From a virus (lineage: Duplodnaviria; Caudoviricetes): a DNA stretch of 64,000 bases. The DNA is taken from the IMG/VR virus record IMGVR_UViG_3300005805_003857, positions 24,369-88,368 of that record. One strand, given 5' to 3'. Under the pieces are notes generated by a model. That model was not told where the DNA came from. It searched no databases and saw nothing but the letters and a program-made list of their open reading frames with translations. Below, one piece after another: positions 18,655-27,771 of the stretch (position 1 is the first letter of the stretch; each line of letters starts with the position of its first letter). The translations under genes were made by a program, and so were the position numbers.

Positions 18655-18896
18655 AAACAGTATATTTGGTTTGTAGCACAGTTGATCTTGGTTACCATGC
18701 CGAGTATGGTTACACATCAATTGAAAAGGCAGAAGCTAAGATGGCCGAATTGATTGCTATGGCTAAAGAACGATACATTAAGTCAGCTATGACGCCAACA
18801 CCTTATAACCTATTTCCTGTATACGAAAAGGTTGTCCAAAACGCTGATCGTTATCATGAGAAATATGAAATTGCCTCTGTGGAGATTGAAGAATGA
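18651..18896 (+). CDS. hypothetical protein
   Basis: ATGA-coupled small ORF. Confidence 0.65.
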   Translation: MKTVYLVCSTVDLGYHAEYGYTSIEKAEAKMAELIAMAKERYIKSAMTPTPYNLFPVYEKVVQNADRYHEKYEIASVEIEE

Positions 18897-19048
18897 ACCT
18901 ACGTGAAATGATGACTGAGCGAGTCCTGTTTGCCGTTGGTGAAGATGCCCTGGCTACAGAGTTCAACATTAGCCCGGACGAGATTGCCACACTGAGTGAT
19001 CTGGATTTCCTAGAACTGTTTGAACAAGTCACTGGATTTAATGGTTGA
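18893..19048 (+). CDS. small acidic hypothetical protein (51 aa, below the ORF-track cutoff)
   Basis: ATGA overlap; MNLREMMTERVLFAVGEDALATEF...GFNG*; followed by a terminator. Confidence 0.6.
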   Translation: MNLREMMTERVLFAVGEDALATEFNISPDEIATLSDLDFLELFEQVTGFNG

Positions 19049-19064
19049 CTTAATTACACAATTT

Positions 19065-19090
19065 AAAGGGGACTCAGGTCCCCTTTTTTT
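19065..19090 (+). terminator. intrinsic terminator
   Basis: aaaggggac-tcag-gtccccttt plus T-run. Confidence 0.8.
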
Positions 19091-19135
19091 GCCTATAAAT
19101 TTGCATTTTGTGTAGTGTCCTGTTATACTTAGTAG

Positions 19136-20143
19136 ATGGATTTCAAAACACTTAATGAGCTTGCAACATGGATGCTTAGTAATATTAGACTGAGCAGATA
19201 TGATGACCAATTCGTAAACAATCTTACCCTTTACATCACACAACATAATCGGATCACTAGTAATCAGGACCTTTTGTTCAGAAAGGTAGCAGGTAAATAT
19301 AAACGACAATTCTCTCAATTAAAAATTGAAGTAGACGAAGTACTGACTCGGTCTTGGGATGTTAACATAGTAGAAAGCATCCCTGAATATACAGGAGCGT
19401 CAATCAAAATAGAGAATGACAAACTGATTCTACAATCTCCTTTTAATAAAAACTTTTTAACAGCACTTAAAAAGAACCCTATCTATTCATTACAGTGGAT
19501 CAAAGATAGACGACAATATGAAGGTGAATATAGTCATACTAATTTAAAAGAATTGATGTACTTGACAGCAGACCACTATTCTATATTGAACTATTGCGAA
19601 AAGGTTACACAAATTATTGAGAGACTTAGCGTATATGAGAATGTTAAATACTGGGTGCCCACTTTAGTCTATAAGGGACATTACTACATTGCCGCATTGA
19701 ATGAACATTTGTATGAAGCAATTAAGGACATTGAAATAACAGACGATTTAAAAACAATAGCAACATTAGTTAAATATGGTATTGGTATCGACCAATCGGT
19801 CACAGATCATTTACTAGAGACAGAAATCCCTGCTAAGGTAAGACTTGCTATAAATTTTCAAGTTGAAATAGAATTGAGGGATACTCAATTAGCAATAGAA
19901 TGGTTAGAAGAATTTGGATGTGATGCAATTTGTGAACCTAAAGCGTTTTTAACTAATTCTAAATTAGATATACACAATACAAGTATCAATGTTTGCAAGA
20001 ATCCTAAAGACTTGAAAAACTATGAGAATAGTGTTATAGTGTATCAACGTGGTAATTTTTCATTAGTTAATGAAACGCCAATGAAGTTATTTAAAATAAT
20101 AAAATTTGTAAACTTGGAACCAATAGATTTAGGACCTAAATGA
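19136..20143 (+). CDS. hypothetical protein upstream of UvsW
   Basis: 335-aa ORF; promoter TTGCAT-17bp-TATACT at 19101-19129. Confidence 0.7.
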   Translation: MDFKTLNELATWMLSNIRLSRYDDQFVNNLTLYITQHNRITSNQDLLFRKVAGKYKRQFSQLKIEVDEVLTRSWDVNIVESIPEYTGASIKIENDKLILQSPFNKNFLTALKKNPIYSLQWIKDRRQYEGEYSHTNLKELMYLTADHYSILNYCEKVTQIIERLSVYENVKYWVPTLVYKGHYYIAALNEHLYEAIKDIEITDDLKTIATLVKYGIGIDQSVTDHLLETEIPAKVRLAINFQVEIELRDTQLAIEWLEEFGCDAICEPKAFLTNSKLDIHNTSINVCKNPKDLKNYENSVIVYQRGNFSLVNETPMKLFKIIKFVNLEPIDLGPK

Positions 20144-21618
20144 AAGAATGTAAAATAGAAATACGAGATGAAGTAAATTGCAAATTAATTGGTCTTGAGC
20201 TTGGAGATCGCAAGACATTGATGAAGATGTTTGAGTTTGAGGTTCCGGGCGCAAGATATCTTCCTGCAGTAAGGTTAGGTAGATGGAATGGTAAGAGTAG
20301 TTTCTTTGCACTAGGTGGTAGTACATATATCAACTTACTACCAGAGATATTGCCATTACTAGATCAGGCTGGTTATGATATTGAACTAGATGATACTAGA
20401 GATTATCAAACAACATTCACATTTACTGAAGTGTCCGAGGATACATTCAAGCACAAGAATTGGCCAGTAGGTCATCCAATGGCGGGACAACCTATCATAT
20501 TGCGTGACTATCAAATTGAGATTATCAATAACTATTTGAAGAACCCTCAGTCATTGCAAGAGATTGCTACAGGTGCAGGTAAGACATTAATCACCGCCGC
20601 ACTATCAAGTTGTGTAGAACAATATGGTCGTAGTATTGTTATTGTTCCTAACACTAGCCTGGTTACACAAACAGAAAAAGATTACATCAACTTGGGGTTA
20701 GATGTAGGTGTCTATTACGGTGGACGTAAAGAATACGACAAGACACATACAATTTGTACGTGGCAGAGCCTAGGTAATATGTTAAAAAACACTAAAGCAG
20801 GTGAAGCAGAAGTACCATTCCAAGACTTCATTGAGGGTGTTGTATGTGTTATTGTAGATGAAGTGCATCAAGCAAAAGCTGATGTTCTTAAATCATTATT
20901 GTCCGGTGTGATGAGTCGTATACCATTACGATGGGGGTTGACTGGAACTATCCCTAAAGCTAAACATGAATCAATGTCATTGACTGTAAGTTTAGGTCCT
21001 GTTATTAATCAATTGTCAGCAAGCACACTACAAGACATGGGTGTGTTATCACAATGTCACGTGAACATTGTTCAATTGCAAGATGGTATGGAGTTTACTA
21101 ACTATCAAAGCGAACTTAAATTCTTGACCAGTGATGAAAAACGAATGCAAAAAATTGCTGAGTTATCTAATACAGTTAAGAACAGTGGCAACACATTGAT
21201 CCTTGTAGATAGGATTGAAGCTGGACAACTATTGCATTTGAAACTAGAAGAACTAGGTGTGCCGGAAGAGAATGTAGTGTTCGTATCAGGCGGAACTAAA
21301 AGTACAACTAGAACTGAACACTATGATGACATTGCTACTGCTACAAACAAGATTATCATTGCTACATATGGTGTTGCGGCAGTTGGAATTAACATTCCCC
21401 GTATCTTTAATGTCATGTTACTTGAGCCGGGCAAGAGTTTTGTAAGAGTGATCCAATCAATAGGTCGTGGTATTCGTAAGGCAGAAGACAAAGATTTTGT
21501 ACAAATTTGGGATATTACTAGTTCATGCAAATTTGCAAAACGACATTTAACACAACGGAAAGCATTCTACAAAGAAGCTAACTACCCGTTTGACGTAGAA
21601 AAACTAAAGTATAAGTGA
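20140..21618 (+). CDS. uvsW: UvsW-like SF2 DNA helicase
   Basis: LRDYQ, ATGAGKT, IVDEVH, GLTGT, GINIPRI, QSIGRGIR. Confidence 0.92.
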   Translation: MKECKIEIRDEVNCKLIGLELGDRKTLMKMFEFEVPGARYLPAVRLGRWNGKSSFFALGGSTYINLLPEILPLLDQAGYDIELDDTRDYQTTFTFTEVSEDTFKHKNWPVGHPMAGQPIILRDYQIEIINNYLKNPQSLQEIATGAGKTLITAALSSCVEQYGRSIVIVPNTSLVTQTEKDYINLGLDVGVYYGGRKEYDKTHTICTWQSLGNMLKNTKAGEAEVPFQDFIEGVVCVIVDEVHQAKADVLKSLLSGVMSRIPLRWGLTGTIPKAKHESMSLTVSLGPVINQLSASTLQDMGVLSQCHVNIVQLQDGMEFTNYQSELKFLTSDEKRMQKIAELSNTVKNSGNTLILVDRIEAGQLLHLKLEELGVPEENVVFVSGGTKSTTRTEHYDDIATATNKIIIATYGVAAVGINIPRIFNVMLLEPGKSFVRVIQSIGRGIRKAEDKDFVQIWDITSSCKFAKRHLTQRKAFYKEANYPFDVEKLKYK

Positions 21619-21629
21619 TATAATACATT

Positions 21630-22130
21630 ATGCGTATATTAACCCTAGACAACGAATTCTATAACTTAGAAACACTTCCCGAAGAGATTGATGATCTTAG
21701 ATTCGCTATCTTAGATAACAGTAACCCAAGCAATGTAGATTATCATTATATCCCCTTGATCTTTTTAGAATCATTTAACAGCCCTGCACTTGTATTGAAG
21801 ATTGGCAACAGTACAATTAAGATGCCAATCGATTGGCAAATACTTATTGGTGAACAAGAGCATGGTGACTTAGAAACATTGCCTCTTACTAGTATCAATG
21901 ATAGAGGATTCAATGCATTTATTTTTAACCCGCTATCTTCATTTATGTTGGACTTTGCTCCAATTGAAATAGTAGACATTTACCATGATGTAACATGGTA
22001 TGCACCTAGATTGAAGAACGGACAATTCTTATGTGTCCCCATTGATGATGGTCCTTCTCCTAGATGTGCATATTTTGTAAAAGAAATTAGTCGCAATTGT
22101 GAAATTGTGGATGTTAGTCAGGCATTTTAA
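21630..22130 (+). CDS. hypothetical all-beta protein (possible degenerate Hint-like fold)
   Basis: Beta-strand spacing reminiscent of Hint domains; no catalytic Cys1 or terminal His-Asn. Confidence 0.55.
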   Translation: MRILTLDNEFYNLETLPEEIDDLRFAILDNSNPSNVDYHYIPLIFLESFNSPALVLKIGNSTIKMPIDWQILIGEQEHGDLETLPLTSINDRGFNAFIFNPLSSFMLDFAPIEIVDIYHDVTWYAPRLKNGQFLCVPIDDGPSPRCAYFVKEISRNCEIVDVSQAF

Positions 22131-22131
22131 T

Positions 22132-22362
22132 ATGAGTTGCAATCATCAAAGAGAAACCAGTCGTTGGGTAGAAGACGATGATTGGTACGAAAATTGTACT
22201 GCTACCGGGCATTGGGAATACGACTCCGTATCCACTACTGTAGACATCGACCTGCATCGTTATAAATGCACTCAATGCGGTGAAGTAATGTATTACTCAG
22301 GTCGTGCCAGACAATACTATGAAGAAGGTATCAAGAGCGACTGGATTACAGGATTAAATTAA
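22132..22362 (+). CDS. small Zn-ribbon-like hypothetical protein
   Basis: CNH ... CTQC. Confidence 0.6.
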   Translation: MSCNHQRETSRWVEDDDWYENCTATGHWEYDSVSTTVDIDLHRYKCTQCGEVMYYSGRARQYYEEGIKSDWITGLN

Positions 22363-22955
22363 TGGCAACGAAAAAGAATACTCCAACTGATGAAAAATTA
22401 GAGAAGCAAGACTTCCCGTTGTTTGATGCAATTGCGGCGTTAGACAGAAAAGATTATACTTTCTATGACAAGTTGCCAGCAGAGCAACAAAAGAAATTCA
22501 CATCATTCATGTTGGTTAGATACATGAGCTATATCAAAGGCTCAGGCGAGATTGCGGGTTACTATGCACGAAGTGTGGACTATCACGCTAACAAATATAT
22601 CTTTAATGAATATGTGCAGAAACATCCTAAACTACAATGGTTAATGTTATGTGCAAGTAGCCCGGGGTTGGGGAAACAATTTCATCCTTGGATCCCTCAG
22701 ATTAAAGAGAAGGTTAGTTTGTTAAAAGAACCTGCTCAACTGAAAGATGTAAAAGAGTATTATAAGAAAATCTATCCTAAAGCAGGTGATGATGACATTG
22801 ATGAAGTGTCAAAAGCATATGTAACAGAACAGAAAAAGAAATGTTATCTTGCTACTGTCTACCCAGAGATGAAGATAGCAGATATTGAAACACTAAGTCA
22901 AATGGTAACAGATGAAGAAATTGAGCAGTACGAAAGAGATAGAGGCAATCGGTAA
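22362..22955 (+). CDS. gp62: sliding-clamp loader small subunit (T4 gp62-like)
   Basis: FDAIAALDRK..FMLVRYMS..N..P.LQWLML..SPGLGKQFHPWI follows the gp62 pattern. Confidence 0.65.
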   Translation: MATKKNTPTDEKLEKQDFPLFDAIAALDRKDYTFYDKLPAEQQKKFTSFMLVRYMSYIKGSGEIAGYYARSVDYHANKYIFNEYVQKHPKLQWLMLCASSPGLGKQFHPWIPQIKEKVSLLKEPAQLKDVKEYYKKIYPKAGDDDIDEVSKAYVTEQKKKCYLATVYPEMKIADIETLSQMVTDEEIEQYERDRGNR

Positions 22956-23631
22956 GCCTAAATTTAAATGTGAGTTTTGCGCAGGTGAGTATTTGCGTGA
23001 ATCTACACTGCTCACCCACATGTGCGAATCTAAACGCAGATGGATGAATAAGGACCTACAAGGTAATCGTATTGCATATCAAGCCTTTGTTCAGTTTTAC
23101 AAAAAGAATAGTGCAAGTAAAAAGACAAAAACTAATGAAGAATTCATTAAGAGTCCATACTATACAGCGTTCGTAAAGTTTGGCAATCACTGTGTAGAGA
23201 TTAACGCATTGAATGTTAGCAGATATGCTGACTGGTTAGTTAAAAGTCAAATCAGAATTGACACATGGTGTACTGACACAAACTACACGAACTATCTACT
23301 TGAATACATTCGTACAGAAGATCCGTTAGATGCTATTCATCGTAGCATTGAAACAACAATATCATTAGCAGAAATTGAAAAGATTCAAAGCAGAGATTAT
23401 TTGCGATATGGCAATGTCAATAGAATCTGTTTAGAAATTACTAGAGGTAGAATCAGTCCCTGGATGTTGTTTCAAAGTGAGAGTGGTGTCAAGTTTGTAG
23501 AATCACTAGAGCAGGGACATGTCAAGATGGTGTTTGATTATATCGACCCTGAGAAGTGGGCATTAAAGTTTCATCGTGAACCAGAGAATGTAAAACAAGT
23601 CAAGGAATTACTAAATGCCGGCGGGTACTAA
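22912..23631 (+). CDS. hypothetical protein with N-terminal C2H2-like zinc finger
   Basis: FKCEFC-x12-HMC. Confidence 0.65.
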   Translation: MKKLSSTKEIEAIGKPKFKCEFCAGEYLRESTLLTHMCESKRRWMNKDLQGNRIAYQAFVQFYKKNSASKKTKTNEEFIKSPYYTAFVKFGNHCVEINALNVSRYADWLVKSQIRIDTWCTDTNYTNYLLEYIRTEDPLDAIHRSIETTISLAEIEKIQSRDYLRYGNVNRICLEITRGRISPWMLFQSESGVKFVESLEQGHVKMVFDYIDPEKWALKFHREPENVKQVKELLNAGGY

Positions 23632-23800
23632 GATTTGTATTCCTTGGACAAGGAATGATTGGAACATAGCATGTGCCTGGGCTATGGAACAATACGGTTT
23701 GCCTGATGAAAGATTTACTACCCGCCCCGGTCATGAAGGCATGTATTTCTATTTTAAGGATAAGCGTGACGCTGTTCATTTTGAATTAAGATGGGGTTAA
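23615..23800 (+). CDS. small protein, F-x4-DA-x2-F-x-LRW family (copy 1)
   Basis: FYFKDKRDAVHFELRWG. Confidence 0.7.
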   Translation: MPAGTKICIPWTRNDWNIACAWAMEQYGLPDERFTTRPGHEGMYFYFKDKRDAVHFELRWG

Positions 23801-23801
23801 A

Positions 23802-24011
23802 GTGCAACAAGTAACATTGTATATTGATGTTGACAACACACTAGATATAGTATCCGAGCTTAAACAAAAAGGATGGGTACAGGGCAAAGATTTTGATTTT
23901 GCATACCACCAAAGTAAATGGGACGAAATGATTGGGGAAATTCCTAAACAAACAGTTTTCACTTTTTATAATGATAGTAATGCAAGTTATTTTATGTTGA
24001 GGTGGGGATGA
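23802..24011 (+). CDS. small protein, LRW family (copy 2; GTG start)
   Basis: FTFYNDSNASYFMLRWG. Confidence 0.7.
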   Translation: MQQVTLYIDVDNTLDIVSELKQKGWVQGKDFDFAYHQSKWDEMIGEIPKQTVFTFYNDSNASYFMLRWG

Positions 24012-24220
24012 AGGATTTACCATACACTATAATTACTAAGAAACTTGGATATGCCGCAGAAAAGTGGTGTAATAATAATCTAGGAGAACGCTATTTTGCT
24101 ATAGACAGAAAGACAGGTAACTGGACGTGTTTTTATGCAAGTGACATAGATAGAAAAAGTTATCGCTGGCACTTTAGAAATGAAAAAGATGCTTTTTGGT
24201 TTTCACTGACATGGGCATGA
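24008..24220 (+). CDS. small protein, LRW family (copy 3)
   Basis: WHFRNEKDAFWFSLTWA. Confidence 0.7.
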   Translation: MKDLPYTIITKKLGYAAEKWCNNNLGERYFAIDRKTGNWTCFYASDIDRKSYRWHFRNEKDAFWFSLTWA

Positions 24221-24453
24221 GAGTTCAAAACTTTGACCAAAATCGTGGTTGGGAAGAAACTGATCCGGGTTGGTACGAACATCAGATACATGTTAGTATG
24301 AACATGACCGAAACATACGATGATATATTAGAATGGCTGTATAATAGAATAGACAACTGTGAACGCCATGCTAGATGGCGAATCAGTAGAGGGCTTATAC
24401 AACTTAAATTTAGGTATGAGCGTGATGTAATACTATGTAAACTAAGTTTTTAA
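24217..24453 (+). CDS. small protein, LRW family (copy 4, divergent)
   Basis: LKFRYERDVILCKLSF. Confidence 0.65.
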   Translation: MRVQNFDQNRGWEETDPGWYEHQIHVSMNMTETYDDILEWLYNRIDNCERHARWRISRGLIQLKFRYERDVILCKLSF

Positions 24454-24701
24454 TGAACATCGAACATGAGATGATGGAAAAATTAGCAGATGATATGGCA
24501 AAAGAAATTGATTATGACATGCTTGTTACCTTGTTAAATTGGACAAGAGTTGAACTACCGCCATTCGATAGTCGTTATCAAGCCGTTGATATTGCTGATT
24601 GGTGTACTGATAACTGTACAGATAAGTTTATGAACTTTGGTGTTAAGTTTGCTTTTGAGAAAAGTAAAGACGCTGAGTGGTTTATATTGAGGTGGAAATG
24701 A
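24453..24701 (+). CDS. small protein, LRW family (copy 5)
   Basis: FAFEKSKDAEWFILRWK. Confidence 0.7.
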   Translation: MNIEHEMMEKLADDMAKEIDYDMLVTLLNWTRVELPPFDSRYQAVDIADWCTDNCTDKFMNFGVKFAFEKSKDAEWFILRWK

Positions 24702-25126
24702 AAATGACTGACAATGAATTGATTGATTACACTATCAAGTTTGACAATGACCCAGTGAGAGTTAGACTTGCTACATACATGGATCGTCACCCAGGCTCTA
24801 TCCTAGATGACCTTGAACGAGCGGGTATGGACCCAATATACTGCAACTTTAGAGATAAAGACACTTGCAATGATTATCTTCCTGGTCAGTACATCACTCA
24901 CCTTGAAGGTGAAGTCAGTTACCTACAAGAACAATTAGATCAGGCACTAGGTGAAATTGAAGAAATGAAAACAATGAAGGTCAGTGAGTTGATTAGTCAA
25001 CTGCGACAAGAAGTTGTTACGGAAAAATATATGAGAGAAGCGGCAGAACGAAGTCGATATAAAGCGCAAGAAGACCGTGAAGAAATGAAGAACAAACTTG
25101 ACATGTGGGCAATATTGAACAGATAA
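24698..25126 (+). CDS. hypothetical coiled-coil protein
   Basis: Heptad-rich C-terminal half; ATGA coupling. Confidence 0.65.
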   Translation: MKMTDNELIDYTIKFDNDPVRVRLATYMDRHPGSILDDLERAGMDPIYCNFRDKDTCNDYLPGQYITHLEGEVSYLQEQLDQALGEIEEMKTMKVSELISQLRQEVVTEKYMREAAERSRYKAQEDREEMKNKLDMWAILNR

Positions 25127-25392
25127 TGGAATACTTTCATAGTGAAGGTGGCAACAATAAACCGTTTTTCATCTATAGATATAAAATTGATAGGGTATCT
25201 ACTGAGATGTACCTATGGGCAGTAGAATATCCTAGCAAAGGACCCTTTAGTAGATTTCATGTTATATGGAATGCAGTAGAGAAAAATCCATATGACATTA
25301 TTCAATTTGAATTGAAGGACGCTTACTTAGCATTCAAGTATGCGTTCGCAGGAGAGATATTGCAAGACATTACTATACAAGAATATCAGTAA
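25126..25392 (+). CDS. small protein, LRW-related (copy 6)
   Basis: IQFELKDAYLAFKYAF. Confidence 0.55.
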   Translation: MEYFHSEGGNNKPFFIYRYKIDRVSTEMYLWAVEYPSKGPFSRFHVIWNAVEKNPYDIIQFELKDAYLAFKYAFAGEILQDITIQEYQ

Positions 25393-25397
25393 AAGAT

Positions 25398-25616
25398 ATG
25401 GATTATACTATTATCACAGACGGGGCGGATTGTTATCCATGGATAGAAACATTTGTTATATGGCCTAGAAAAAGTATCAGTGGTGCACCTCTATTCTTTA
25501 CTAAAGCATACAAACGTAAAGTTTGGGTAATATGGGGAACTGGCTTTCACATGGAGCCTGAAACGCAATATGCAACACTATTTGATTTGCTAACACATGG
25601 CAACGATACCCAATAA
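25398..25616 (+). CDS. small hypothetical protein
   Basis: Trp-rich ORF in operon. Confidence 0.6.
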   Translation: MDYTIITDGADCYPWIETFVIWPRKSISGAPLFFTKAYKRKVWVIWGTGFHMEPETQYATLFDLLTHGNDTQ

Positions 25617-25872
25617 TATACAAGATTATGATGACGATGATCCTAAAATAGATTTTCGTAAAAGACGATGGAACTATTGGGCGGCATTAAAACTTGTGCG
25701 TAGAGAATATCAGGAACAAAACAAATATACAGAGTTTGATGCGTATGATTTTGAAGATTACCTTGAAGGTAAGTACGGAGTAAAGATGAACATTGTCGGT
25801 GGTAACATAACAGATGGTTATCAGATAGTAGACGAAAAGAAATACTTAATATTTTTATTGAAATTCCAATGA
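25597..25872 (+). CDS. small hypothetical protein (LRW-like tail IVDEKKYLIFLLKF)
   Basis: Operon coupling; similar C-terminal pattern. Confidence 0.6.
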   Translation: MATIPNNIQDYDDDDPKIDFRKRRWNYWAALKLVRREYQEQNKYTEFDAYDFEDYLEGKYGVKMNIVGGNITDGYQIVDEKKYLIFLLKFQ

Positions 25873-26219
25873 CCAACTCACCTTTTGAATTATATGCAAC
25901 TGATTTTGGCAATCATGTGGTACACTGGCCTACATTCAAAAATATCAGAGATGTAGATACTAGAATAAAACTACTAGATATTTTATTCGGGGAAGTACAA
26001 TGTTTTGAAGTAGGATTAGGTCTGTTGTTACAAGGCGGTGATCTTGATACATTGTGGATTAAATTTAGTGCTTGGGCACAAGATACTAATCATAGTTATA
26101 GTGAATATTTACAGGACATGTATGAGATTCGTGCTGTTGTGTTCCGAGACAAGACTGAAGCAATAAAGTTTCAAGACATACTAGAAAAGAAATACATATG
26201 GAAAATACTAAAGGCATAA
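25869..26219 (+). CDS. hypothetical protein
   Basis: ATGA coupling; VVFRDKTEAIKF near C-terminus. Confidence 0.6.
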   Translation: MTNSPFELYATDFGNHVVHWPTFKNIRDVDTRIKLLDILFGEVQCFEVGLGLLLQGGDLDTLWIKFSAWAQDTNHSYSEYLQDMYEIRAVVFRDKTEAIKFQDILEKKYIWKILKA

Positions 26220-26220
26220 T

Positions 26221-26772
26221 ATGGATGTAATGATTGATATCGAATCACTAGACACAACACCGGATTGTGTGATTCTTACTATTGGTGCAGTATTGTTTGA
26301 CCCTAAGGGTAGTGGCATTATCGATAAAATTGAGATTCGTCCTACAATTGAAGATCAAACAGAGATTTATAATCGAAGTATTAATGATGCAACAATGGAA
26401 TGGTGGGGCAAGCAATCACCTGAAGCAATTGAAGAAGCTATGGGTGACAGAGACCGTGTCTCTTTTGAAGAGGCAATGAATCAATTGTACAAGTTTTGTT
26501 GGAATCGTAGTAAAGGTGCGTGGAGTAACGGAGCAAGTTTTGACGTGGTAGTTATGGATCATGCTTGGAAACAACTTGGAAAAAACACACCTTGGAACTT
26601 CTGGGATATCAGAGACACCCGTACATTGTATGATATCACTGGTGTCAACCTAAAAGACGGCGGGCATGTAACAAGCCATAAGGCAGTAGAAGATGCTGAA
26701 CGCCAAGCAATCGTTGTACAACAAGGTTATGTGAAATTGATTAAAGCAGGATTGGTAACACCCGCAAGATGA
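26221..26772 (+). CDS. DEDD 3'-5' exonuclease (DUF5051/Rv2179c-like exoribonuclease family)
   Basis: VMIDIESL, ILTIGAV, WSNGASFD, RDTRT, HKAVEDA. Confidence 0.85.
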   Translation: MDVMIDIESLDTTPDCVILTIGAVLFDPKGSGIIDKIEIRPTIEDQTEIYNRSINDATMEWWGKQSPEAIEEAMGDRDRVSFEEAMNQLYKFCWNRSKGAWSNGASFDVVVMDHAWKQLGKNTPWNFWDIRDTRTLYDITGVNLKDGGHVTSHKAVEDAERQAIVVQQGYVKLIKAGLVTPAR

Positions 26773-27350
26773 GAATAGATTCAGATATTGACATTGACTT
26801 TGGTTCAAGGGATGAATTACTAAAGTTGATCCCTCATACACCTGCTTCAATGCGTAATGTCTCTCCTGTGCGTAGACACAATACAGGTGTTTATATAACA
26901 GACATTCCATATGATCCTGTCAATAACATGTCAGCACTTCATTATGAAGATGCAGAGAAGCGTGGATATTTCAAACTAGACTTATTGAATGTGCATGTAT
27001 ACTCTCAGGTTCGAGATGAACGGCACTTGATTGAGTTGATGCGTGAACCTGATTGGTCTAAGCTAAATGATAGAGAATTTGTTGAAAAACTGATTCACTT
27101 GGCAAATCATTATCAGAGTATTCAGAGGATGCCTGAACCTATTAATAGTATCCCTAGACTAGCAATGTTTTTAGCATTGATTCGTCCCGCCAAGAAGCAT
27201 TTAATTGGCAAGAGTTGGAGTGAAGTGAGTCAAACTATATGGAATAAAGAAGATGATGGATATTCTTTTAAGAAAGCCCATGCAATTGGTTATTCGCAAT
27301 TAGTTGCAGTGCATATGAATTTACTTACAACATCCGTTTTACCAGCGTAA
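26769..27350 (+). CDS. miniature DNA polymerase III alpha (DnaE)-like protein
   Basis: DIDIDF, RHNTGVYI, GYFKLDLLN, LAMFLALIRPA and YSFKKAHAIGY match DnaE motifs in order. Confidence 0.8.
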   Translation: MRIDSDIDIDFGSRDELLKLIPHTPASMRNVSPVRRHNTGVYITDIPYDPVNNMSALHYEDAEKRGYFKLDLLNVHVYSQVRDERHLIELMREPDWSKLNDREFVEKLIHLANHYQSIQRMPEPINSIPRLAMFLALIRPAKKHLIGKSWSEVSQTIWNKEDDGYSFKKAHAIGYSQLVAVHMNLLTTSVLPA

Positions 27351-27705
27351 TACTACGGCGTTTGGTCCTACGTTTATGTAGTTCACTTATACTACACGTA
27401 GGACCATGTATGACAGTCAAACTTTTATTGTTAAAAGTCCTTAAATAGGGCTTGAACATAATCCATTCTTCCTTTAAGAATAGATTGATGGGGACTAATC
27501 TATTACTTTCCCACCACCAAACATCCCCTAATTCTAAGAATTTCTCCTTAACTATAGGGTCAATTATAGCACCATAGTCATAGATTGTGGTGACTATATC
27601 ATCTCTATTCTGTACGATTCCAACATAATCTTGGTTGGCATATGAACATATAGTGATGAACGGGTGGTTTTCAGTTAGTTTCTGGAAGAATTCGTTTTGA
27701 ATCAT
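27325..27705 (-). CDS. hypothetical protein (MIQNEFFQKL...)
   Basis: Minus-strand late promoter near 27726-27732; basic C-terminus. Confidence 0.7.
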   Translation of the reverse strand: MIQNEFFQKLTENHPFITICSYANQDYVGIVQNRDDIVTTIYDYGAIIDPIVKEKFLELGDVWWWESNRLVPINLFLKEEWIMFKPYLRTFNNKSLTVIHGPTCSISELHKRRTKRRSITLVKRML

Positions 27706-27771
27706 TGTTATTGTATTGACCGAAATATTTATCATCGGGTTGCCTGGCAATATATTTTGATAAATATGTTT

